32,638 bases of DNA from Nemertoderma westbladi (lineage: Eukaryota; Animalia; Xenacoelomorpha), in assembly GCA_032718475.1 (NCBI GenBank), contig JAUCBJ010006184.1, positions 1-32,638 on the forward strand. Direction: 5' to 3'. Made by a program: the position numbers and the translations under genes. Below, one piece after another: positions 22,437 through 32,638 of this stretch (the first letter of the stretch is position 1; each line of letters begins with the position of its first letter). The notes beneath the pieces are model-generated. The model saw only the letters and a program-made list of their open reading frames with translations. It was not told the origin of the DNA and did no database searches.

Positions 22437-25400
22437 GTGCAGCAGGTGGGGTAGATGTATGGGGCCTCCGTGCAACAGGTGAGGTAGATGTATGGGGCCT
22501 CCATGCAGCAGGTGAGGTAGATGTATGGGGCCTCAGTGCAGCAGGTGAGGTAGATGTAGGGGGCCCCGTGGAGGAGGTGAGGTAGAGATGTATGGGGCCC
22601 CGGGCAGCAGGTGAGGTAGATGTATGGGGCCCCCGTGCAGCAGGTGAGGTAGATGTATGAGGCCTCGGTGCAGCAGCTGAGGTAGATGTATGGGGCCTCG
22701 TGCAGCAGGTGAGGTAGATGTATGGGGCCCCGTGGAGGAGGTGAGGTAGATGTATGGGGCCTCCGTGCAGCAGGTGAGGTAGATGTATGGGGCCTCGTGC
22801 AGCAGGTGAGGTAGATGTATGTGGCTCCGTGGAGGAGGTGAGGTAGATGTATGGGGCCTCCGTGCAGCAGGTGAGGTAGATGTATGGGGCGCCCGTGGAG
22901 GAGGTGTGGTAGATGTATGGGGCTCCGTGGAGGTGAGGTAGATGTATGGGGCGCCCGTAGAGGAGGTGTGGTAGATGTATGGGGCCTTCGTGCAGCAGGT
23001 GAGGTAGATGTATGGGGCCTCGTGCAGCAGGTGAGGTAGATGTATGGGGCCTCCGTGCAGCAGGTGAGGTAGATGTAGGGGACCTCCGTGCAGCAGGTGA
23101 GGTAGATGTATGGGGCCTCCGTGCAGCAGGTGAGGTAGATGTATGGGGCCTCGTGCAGCAGGTGAGGTAGATGTATGGGGCCTCGGTTTCCTCAGGTGAG
23201 GTAGATGTATGGGGCGCCCGTGGAGGAGGTGTGGTAGATGTATGGGGCCTCCGTGCAGCAGGTGAGGTAGATGTATGGGGCCTCCGTGCAGCAGGTGAGG
23301 TAGATGTATGGGGCCTCCGTGCAGCAGGTGGGGTAGATGTATGGGGCCTCGTGCAGCAGGTAAGGTAGATGTATGGGGCCTCGTGCAGCAGGTGAGGTAG
23401 ATGTATGGGGCCTCGTGCAGCAGGTGAGGTAGATGTATGGGGCCTCGGTGCAGCAGGTGAGGTAGATGTATGGGGCGCCCGCGGAGGAGGTGTGGTAGAT
23501 GTATGAGGCCTCCGTGCATCAGGTGAGGTAGATGTATGGGGCCTCCGTGCAGCAGGTGATGTAGATGTATGGGGCCTCCGTGCAGCAGGTGAGGTAGATG
23601 TATGGGGCCTCGTGCAGCAGGTGAGGTAGATGTATGGGGCCTCCGTGCAGCAGGTGTGGTAGATGTATGGGGCGCCCGTGCAGCAGGTGAGGTAGATGTA
23701 TGGGGCCTCCGTGGAGGAGGTGAGGTAGATGTATGGGGCCCCCGTGCAGCAGGTGAGGTAGATGTATGGGGCCCCGTGGAGGAGGTGAGGTAGATGTATG
23801 GGGCCTCGTGCAGCAGGTGAGGTAGATGTATGGGGCCTCCGTGCAGCAGGTGTGGTAGATGTATGGGGCGCCCGTGCAGCAGGTGAGGTAGATGTATGGG
23901 GCCTCCGTGGAGGAGGTGAGGTAGATGTATGGGGCCTCCGTGGAGGAGGTGAGGTAGATGTATGGGGCCCCGTGGAGGAGGTGAGGTAGATGTATGGGGC
24001 CTCGTACAGCAGGTGAGGTAGTTGTATGGGGCCTCCGTGCAGCAGGTGTGGTAGATGTATGGGGCGCCCGTGCAGCAGGTGAGGTAGATGTATGGGGCGC
24101 CCGTGCAGCAGGTGAGGTAGATGTATGGGGCCTCCGTGGAGGAGGTGAGGTAGATGTATGGGGCCCCCGTGCAGCAGGTGAGGTAGATGTATGGGGCCCC
24201 GTGGAGGAGGTGAGGTAGATGTATGGGGCCTCGTGCAGCAGGTGAGGTAGATGTATGGGGCCTCCGCGCAGCAGGTGTGGTAGATGTATGGGGCGCCCGT
24301 GCAGCAGGTGAGGTAGATGTATGGGGCCTCCGTGGAGGAGGTGAGGTAGATGTATGGGGCCTCGTGCAGCAGGTGAGGTAGATGTATGGGGCCTCGTGCA
24401 GCAGGTGAGGTAGATGTATGGGGCCTCCGTGCAGCAGGTGTGGTAGATGTATGGGGCGCCCGTGCAGCAGGTGAGGTGGATGTATGGGGCCTCCGTGGAG
24501 GAGGTGAGGTAGATGTATGGGGCCTCGTGCAGCAGGTGAGGTAGATGTATGGGGCCTCCGTGCAGCAGGTGTGGTAGATGTATGGGGCGCCCGTGCAGCA
24601 GGTGAGGTAGATGTATGGGGCCTCCGTGGAGGAGGTGAGGTAGATGTATGGGGCCTCCGTGGAGGAGGTGAGGTAGATGTATGGGGCCCCGTGGAGGAGG
24701 TGAGGTAGATGTATGGGGCCTCGTGCAGCAGGTGAGGTAGATGTATGGAGCCTCCGTGCAGCAGGTGTGGTAGATGTATGGGGCGCCCGTGCAGCAGGTG
24801 AGGTAGATGTATGGGGCCTCCGTGGAGGAGGTGAGGTAGATGTATGGGGCCCCGTGGAGGAGGTGAGGTAGATGTATGGGGCCTCGTGCAGCAGGTGAGG
24901 TAGATGTATGGGGCCTCCGTGCAGCAGGTGTGGTAGATGTATGGGGCGCCCGTGCAGCAGGTGAGGTAGATGTATGGGGCCTCCGTGGAGGAGGTGAGGT
25001 AGATGTATGGGGCCCCCGTGCAGCAGGTGAGGTAGATGTATGGGGCCTCGGTGCAGCAGGTGAGGTAGATGTATGGGGCCTCCGTGCAGCAGGTGAGGTA
25101 GATGTAGGGGGCCTCCGTGCAGCAGGTGAGGTAGATGTATGGGGCCCCGTGGAGGAGGTGAGGTAGATGTATGGGGCCTCGTGCAGCAGGTGAGGTAGAT
25201 GTATGGGGCCTCCGTGCAGCAGGTGTGGTAGATGTATGGGGCGCCCGTGCAGCAGGTGAGGTAGATGTATGGGGCCCCGTGGAGGAGGTGAGGTAGATGT
25301 ATGGGGCCTCGTGCAGCAGGTGAGGTAGATGTATGGGGCCTCCGTGCAGCAGGTGTGGTAGATGTATGGGGCGCCCGTGCAGCAGGTGAGGTAGATGTAT

Positions 25401-26865
25401 GGGGCCTCCGTGGAGGAGGTGAGGTAGATGTATGGGGCCTCGTGCAGCAGGTGAGGTAGATGTATGGGGCCTCGGTGCAGCAGGTGAGGTAGATGTATGG
25501 GGCCTCCGTGCAGCAGGTGAGGTAGATGTAGGGGGCCTCCGTGCAGCAGGTGAGGTAGATGTATGGGGCCCCGTGGAGGAGGTGAGGTAGATGTATGGGG
25601 CTTCGTGCAGCAGGTGAGGTAGATGTATGGGGCCTCCGTGCAGCAGGTGTGGTAGATGTATGGGGCGCCCGTGCAGCAGGTGAGGTAGATGTATGCGGCC
25701 CCGTGGAGGAGGTGAGGTAGATGTATGGGGCCTCGTGCAGCAGGTGAGGTAGATGTATGGGGCCTCCGTGCAGCAGGTGTGGTAGATGTATGGGGCGCCC
25801 GTGCAGCAGGTGAGGTAGATGTATGGGGCCCCGTGGAGGAGGTGAGGTAGATGTATGGGGCCTCGTGCAGCAGGTGAGGTAGATGTATGGGGCCTCCGTG
25901 GAGGAGGTGAGGTAGATGTAGGGGGCCCCGTGGAGGAGGTGAGGTAGATGTATGGGGCGCCCGTGCAGCAGGTGAGGTAGATGTATGGGGCCCCGTGGAG
26001 GAGGTGAGGTAGATGTAGGGGGCCTCCGTGCAGCTGGTGAGGTAGATGTATGGGGCCTCCGTGCAGCAGGTGAGGTAGATGTAGGGGGCCTCCGTGCAGC
26101 AGGTGAGGTAGATGTATGGGGCCCCGTGGAGGAGGTGAGGTAGATGTATGGGGCCTCCGTGGAGGAGGTGAGGTAGATGTAGGGGGCCCCGTGGAGGAGG
26201 TGAGGTAGATGTATGGGGCGCCCGTGCAGCAGGTGAGGTAGATGTATGGGGCCCCGTGGAGGAGGTGAGGTAGATGTAGGGGGCCTCCGTGCAGCTGGTG
26301 AGGTAGATGTATGGGGCCTCCGTGCAGCAGGTGAGGTAGATGTAGGGGGCCTCCGTGCAGCAGGTGAGGTAGATGTATGGGGCCCCGTGGAGGAGGTGAG
26401 GTAGATGTATGGGGCCTCGTGCAGCAGGTGAGGTAGATGTATGGGGCCTCCGTGCAGCAGATGAGGTAGATGTATGGGGCCTCCGTGCAGCAGGTGAGGT
26501 AGATGTATGGGGCCTCCGTGCAGCAGGTGAGGTAGATGTATGGGGCCTCGTGCAGCAGGTGAGGTAGATGTAGGGGGCCCCGTGGAGGAGGTGAGGTAGA
26601 TGTATGGGGCCTCGTGCAGCAGGTGAGGTAGATGTATGGGCCTCCGTGCAGTAGGTGAGGTAGATGTATGGGGCTTCCGTGCAGCAGGTGAGGTAGATGT
26701 ATGGGGCCTCGTGCAGCAGGTGAGGTAGATGTATGGGGCCCCGTGGAGGAGGTAAGGTAGATGTATGGGGCCTCGGTGCAGCAGGTGAGGTAGATGTATG
26801 GGGCCTCCGTGCAGCAGGTGAGGTAGATGTATGGGGCCTCGTGCAGCAGGTGACGTAGATGTATG
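22437..26865. repeat. 32-33 bp G-rich minisatellite, ~135 copies
   Basis: Unit GTGCAGCAGGTGAGGTAGATGTATGGGGCCTCC with recurrent variants (GTGGAGGAG, GGTGTGG, GCGCCC) in repeating blocks. Confidence 0.98.
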
Positions 26866-27465
26866 TTATGTGTGAATTGAACTTGAAAAAAGGGTTGAAC
26901 ATTTATCTGCTGAATATCTGAGAATCTATTACCCAGCGATACCTAGCTGCTAACACATACTGCGACTCCCTATTGTATATAATTTTTTACCAAACTTCTT
27001 ACATTATAATATGATCGCATCAATTTTCTTTCTTCTCGATGTCAATTAGAGATGCTACTTATCTATAATAATGGAATATCCGGTGCAGAAAATTTATAAT
27101 GATCGATTTTTTGATCGATTCTGCTCTAATTTGGCATTATGACTTAATATCAAAGTGTATTATGATCATCAATTATTCTTCGGTATTAATTTCTCTAATC
27201 TGTCTAATTTCCGATTTTTTCTTCATTGTGAATATTAACATTGGGGGGGGGGGGGGGGGGGGGGGTAGTATGCATTTGAGATATTTGTTAGTTGCTATCA
27301 TCCCTTTGTACGTTAGTAAGTTGTGAGTTACATCAGTAGTTAGTTTGTTTGCTTGTTAGTAATATTGGTTATCATTTCCTTACGCAAGCAATAGTAGCTA
27401 AAAAAAACGATATAACTCTCGAAAAAAAATGAGGCGGAGTACAACCCTGGTAACGTATTTTTTTG

Positions 27466-30400
27466 CCACCACTCACATATTAAACCCCCCAGCCACCCAT
27501 CACTCACATATTAAACCCCCCAAATACACATCACTCACACATTAAACCCCCCAAATACCCAGCACTCACACATTAAACCCCCCAAATACACATCACTCAC
27601 ACATTAAACCCCCCAAATACCCAGCACTCACACATTAAACCCCCCAAACACCCATCACTCACACATTAAACCCCCCAACCACCCATCACTCACACATTAA
27701 ACCCCCCAAACACCCATCACTCACACATTAAACCCCCCAGCCACCCATCACTCACACATTAAACCCCCCAAACACCCATCACTCACACATTAAACCCCCC
27801 AGCCACCCATCACTCACACATTAAACGATACCCAACCACCCATCACTCACACATTAAACCCCCCAACCACCCATTACTCACATATTAATCCCCCCTGCCA
27901 CCCATCACTCACACATTAAACCCCCCAAATACCCAGCACTCACACATTAAACCCCCCAAACACCCATCACTCACACATTAAACCCCCCAACCACCCATCA
28001 CTCACACATTAAACCCCCCAAATACCCAGCACTCACACATTAAACCCCCCAGCCACCCATCACTCACACATTAAACCCCCCAAATACCCAGCACTCACAC
28101 ATTAAACCCCCCAAACACCCATCACTCACACATTAAACCCCCCAACCACCCATCACTCACACATTAAACCCCCCAAATACCCATCACTCACATATTAATC
28201 CCCCCTGCCACCCATCACTCACACATTAAACCCCCCAAACACCCATCACTCACACATTAAACCCCCCAGCCACCCATCACTCACACATTAAACCCCCCAA
28301 ATACCCAGCACTCACACATTAAACCCCCCAAACACCCATCACTCACACATTAAACTCCCCAACCACCCATCACTCACACATTAAACCCCCCAAACACCCA
28401 TCACTCACACATTAAACCCCCCAACCACCCATCACTCACACATTAAACCCCCCAAACACCCAGCACTCACACATTAAACCCCCCAGCCACCCATCACTCA
28501 CACATTAAACCCCCCAAACACCCAGCACTCACCATTAAACCCCCCAAACACCCAGCACTCACACATTAAACCCCCCAAACACCCATCACTCACACATTAA
28601 ACCCCCCAGCCACCCATCACTCACATATTAATCCCCCCTGCCACCCATCACTCACACATTAAACCCCCCAAACACCCATCACTCACACATTAAACCCCCC
28701 AGCCACCCATCACTCACACATTAAACCCCCCAAATACCCAGCACTCACACATTAAACCCCCCAAACACCCATCACTCACACATTAAACCCCCCAACCACC
28801 CATCACTCACACATTAAACCCCCCAAACACCCATCACTCGCACATTAAACCCCCCAACCACCCATTACTCACACATTAATCCCCCCTGCCACCCATCACT
28901 CACACATTAAACCCCCCAAACACCCATCACTCACACATTAAACCCCCCAAATACCCAGCACTCACACATTAAACCCCCCAAACACCCATCACTCACACAT
29001 TAAACCCCCCAACCACCCATCACTCACACATTAATCCCCTTCAACCACCCATCCCTCACACATTAAACCCCCCAACCACTCACACATTAATCCCCCCCAA
29101 AACACCCATCACTCACACTTTTAACCCCCCAGCCACCCATCACTCACATATTAATCCCCCCTGCCACCCATCACTCACACATTAAACCCGTGCAGCAGGT
29201 GAGGTAGATGTATGGGGCCTCCGTGCAGCAGGTGAGGTAGATGTATGGGGCCTCGTGCAGCAGGTGAGGTAGATGTAGGGGGCCCCGTGGAGGAGGTGAG
29301 GTAGATGTATGGGGCCTCGTGCAGCAGGTGAGGTAGATGTATGGGCCTCCGTGCAGTAGGTGAGGTATATGTATGGGGCTTCCGTGCAGCAGGTGAGGTA
29401 GATGTATGGGGCCTCGTGCAGCAGGTGAGGTAGATGTATGGGGCCCCGTGGAGGAGGTGAGGTAGATGTATGGGGCCTCGGTGCAGCAGGTGAGGTAGAT
29501 GTATGGGGCCTCCGTGCAGCAGGTGAGGTAGATGTATGGGGCCTCGGTGCAGCAGGTGAGGTAGATGTATGGGGCCTCGTGCAGCAGGTGACGTAGATGT
29601 ATGTTATGTGTGAATTGAACTTGGAAAAAAAGGGTTGAACATTTATCTGCTGAATATCTGAGAATCTATTACCCAGCGATACCTAGCTGCTAACACATAC
29701 CCAGCACTCACATTAAACCCCCCAAACACCCAGCACTCACACATTAAACCCCCCAAACACCCATCACTCACACATTAAACCCCCCAGCCACCCATCACTC
29801 ACATATTAATCCCCCCTGCCACCCATCACTCACACATTAAACCCCCCAAACACCCATCACTCACACTTTAAACCCCCCAGCCACCCATCACTCACACATT
29901 AAACCCCCCAAATACCCAGCACTCACACATTAAACCCCCCAAACACCCATCACTCACACATTAAACCCCCCAACCACCCATCACTCACACATTAAACCCC
30001 CCAAACACCCATCACTCGCACATTAAACCCCCCAACCACCCATTACTCACATATTAATCCCCCCTGCCACCCATCACTCACACATTAAACCCCCCAAACA
30101 CCCATCACTCACACATTAAACCCCCCAAATACCCAGCACTCACACATTAAACCCCCCAAACACCCATCACTCACACATTAAACCCCCCAACCACCCATCA
30201 CTCACACATTAAACCCCTTCAACCACCCATCCCTCACACATTAAACCCCCCAACCACTCTCACATTAATCCCCCCCCAAAACACCCATCACTCACACTTT
30301 TAACCCCCCAGCCACCTATCACTCACATATTAATCCCCCCTGCCACCCATCACTCACACATTAAACCCCCCAAACACCCATCACTCACACATTAAACCCC

Positions 30401-30945
30401 CCTGCCACCCATCACTCACACATTAAACCCCCCAAACACCCATCACTCACACATTAAAACCCCAGTCACCCATCACTCACACATTAATCCCCCCCCCCCC
30501 TCCCCAAAAAAAAAACATCCATCACTCACACATTAAACCCCCAACCACCCATTACTCACATATTAATCCCCCCTGCCACCCATCACTCACACATTAAACC
30601 CCCCAAACACCCATCACTCACACATTAAACCCCCCAACCACCCATCACTCACACATTAAACCTCCCAAATACCAATCACTCACACATTAAATCCCCCAAA
30701 CACCCATTACTCACACATTAAACCACCCAAATACCCATCACTCACACATTAAACCCCCCAAACACCCATCACTCACATATTAAACCCCCCAAACACCCAT
30801 CACTCACACATTAAACCCCCCAGTCACCCATCACTCACACATTAATCCCCCCCCCCCCCCTTACCACCCATGACTCACATTAAAACCCATGATTGACACA
30901 TTTAACATCTGCCGCCTCTCACTCACAGTCACACATTAAACCACA
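27466..30945. repeat. 31-bp C/A-rich minisatellite, interrupted at 29190-29700
   Basis: Unit CACCCATCACTCACACATTAAACCCCCCAAA with variants. Confidence 0.97.
29190..29700 (+). repeat. Displaced duplicate of 26485-26960 (end of the 33-bp array plus unique flank)
   Basis: Same order of variant units (e.g. GTGCAGTAGG, GGGGCTTCC, GGTGACGTAG) and the same ~95-bp unique tail ending TAACACATAC. Confidence 0.93.
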
Positions 30946-31010
30946 ACCACAACCCATGAACACATTTTATCTTTCACACACATAATATATCTTCACGGTA
31001 TTTATTTTAG

Positions 31011-31161
31011 TCTTAAAGATCCCTCCTGCACTAACACTTGAAAAAGAAACCCAGCTAAAGGAAGATGCAGAAAGGATGATTAAGAAAGTCACCAATGAAA
31101 TGATGGTAACCGGTTATATGGCACGAGTTGAACCAATAGGGCGCGATAGAGCTTACAGAAG
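31011..31161 (+). CDS. BAZ1A: BAZ1A/ACF1-like internal exon, start of WHIM2/WSD motif
   Basis: tttattttag| ... AGAAG|gttagt; 151 nt, phase 1 to 2. VLKIPPALTLEKETQLKEDAERMIKKVTNEMMVTGYMARVEPIGRDRAYRR contains the P[LI]GRDRxYRR(YW) WHIM2 signature (human PLGRDRMYRRYW). Confidence 0.87.
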
Positions 31162-31436
31162 GTTAGTTATATAGTGTATGGAGCGTCATATAGATCGTCA
31201 TGGTCTACAAAAGGCTAGTTATATATCAGCCAATAGGAATAGATAACAGTCGTCGTCGTGTCTAAGGCATCACGAATGAGTAGTTCCCTGGTTTACCTGT
31301 CATGCATGACACATCCTCTTCAATGCGCCATGTGTGCCGTGTGGCGGATGATTGGGAAGGGGCATCTTTTGAAGAACAGATATTATGTACCGATACTTAA
31401 CGCCAGTGCGTTGGCGTATGAGACAACATTCAATAA

Positions 31437-31649
31437 AAGTAATTATAATGGCCTCTTGTGTTTATCAGGAGACATCATGTCAGTAATGAGATTGTAATAA
31501 AAAAAACTTGAAAAGGCCATTAATGGGAAAGATGCGAAGTCAATATATTTACAAAGCGAAAATATATTGACTTCTCATCTTTCCAATTAATGGCCTTCAT
31601 TACTGACATGATGTCTCCTGATAAACACAAGAGGCCATTAAAATTACTT
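31437..31649. mobile_element. Palindromic MITE-like hairpin
   Basis: TAATGGCCTCTTGTGTTTATCAGGAGACATCATGTCAGTAATGA pairs perfectly with its reverse complement near 31600-31640; an inner arm also pairs, with a ~9-nt loop and a ~25-nt bulge in the left arm. Confidence 0.8.
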
Positions 31650-31755
31650 ACTGTGGATACCTTCGAACAATTAAGAAGCCCTATATCATATCGATTAATG
31701 AATAGCCTTCAATTTGACCGCTGCTAATTAAAGATGAAAAATGGTTCATAAATCT

Positions 31756-32638
31756 GTGGGTGGAGGGGATCGGGTTAAAAGGGTTTGTAACTAGGTGGGT
31801 GGAGGCTGGAGGGGATGGGGTGAAAAGGGTTTGTAAATAGGTGGGTGGAGGGGATGGGGTGAAAAGGGTTTGTAAATAGGTGGGTGGAGGGGATGGGGTG
31901 AAAAGGGTTTGTAAATAGGTGGGTGGAGGGGATGGGGTGAAAAGGGTTTGTAAATAGGTGGGTGGAGGGGATGGGGTGAAAAGGGTTTGTAAATAGGTGG
32001 GTGGAGGGGATGGGGTGAAAAGGGTTTGTAAATAGGTGGGTGGAGGGGATGGGGTGAAAAGGGTTTGTAAATAGGTGGGTGGAGGGGATGGGGTGAAAAG
32101 GGTTTGTAAATAGGTGGGTGGAGGGGATGGGGTGAAAAGGGTTTGTAAATAGGTGGGTGGAGGGGATGGGGTGAAAAGGGTTTGTAAATAGGTGGGTGGA
32201 GGGGATGGGGTGAAAAGGGTTTGTAAATAGGTGGGTGGAGGGGATGGGGTTAAAAGGGTTTGTAAATAGGTGGGTGGAGGGGATGGGGTGAAAAGGGTTT
32301 GTAAATAGGTGGGTGGAGGGGATGGGGTGAAAAGGGTTTGTAAATAGGTGGGTGGAGGGGATGGGGTGAAAAGGGTTTGTAAATAGGTGGGTGGAGGGGA
32401 TGGGGTGAAAAGGGTTTGTAAATAGGTGGGTGGAGGGGATGGGGTGAAAAGGGTTTGTAAATAGGTGGGTGGAGGGGATGGGGTGAAAAGGGTTTGTAAA
32501 TAGGTGGGTGGAGGGGATGGGGTGAAAAGGGTTTGTAAATAGGTGGGTGGAGGGGATGGGGTGAAAAGGGTTTGTAAATAGGTGGGTGGAGGGGATGGGG
32601 TGAAAAGGGTTTGTAAATAGGTGGGTGGAGGGGATGGG
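31756..32638. repeat. 39-bp G-rich minisatellite, ~22 near-identical copies, runs off the window
   Basis: Unit GTGGGTGGAGGGGATGGGGTGAAAAGGGTTTGTAAATAG. Confidence 0.98.

Noticed and set aside
23519-26902. 1127-aa ORF and the neighbouring 328-aa and short ORFs
   Set aside because: Translations of the 32/33-bp minisatellite; the peptide cycles through all three frames of the unit as unit length changes, which is not how a selected repeat protein behaves.
27466-32638. Telomeric repeats (TTAAACCCCCC and GGGTTT motifs)
   Set aside because: Units are 31 and 39 bp complex minisatellites, not short telomerase repeats, and a coding exon lies between them.

Overview
AT-rich animal (probably invertebrate) nuclear DNA with spliceosomal introns; the species cannot be determined from this window. 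Three internal + strand exons missed by the ORF track (11188-11376, 21073-21358, 31011-31161) splice in phase into the WHIM1 - coiled coil - WHIM2 region of a BAZ1A/ACF1-type chromatin remodelling subunit, so essentially the whole window is intron of that gene. Two antisense genes lie in its introns: a complete 6-coding-exon HPS1 gene (9836 to 5353, 892 aa) and a MOSPD2-like CRAL-TRIO-only gene with an uninterrupted CDS (18262 to 17492). The rest is a stack of mobile DNA with readable ends: two non-autonomous hAT elements (8-bp TSDs), a Ginger1-type MITE (TGT...ACA, CCGG TSD) inside one hAT TIR, an internally deleted L2-group LINE inside a foldback element, a 4-bp-TSD TIR element filled with 7 tandem hairpins, tRNA-derived SINEs and a tRNA-Ser pseudogene. 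There are also four minisatellites (28, 33, 31 and 39 bp), two joined by a rearranged duplication. Protein identities come from recalled family motifs, not a database search. I found no CRISPR array and nothing I can defend as a wholly new enzyme system; the best leads are the doubly nested gene architecture, the hairpin-array TIR element and the splice-donor/G4 satellites.
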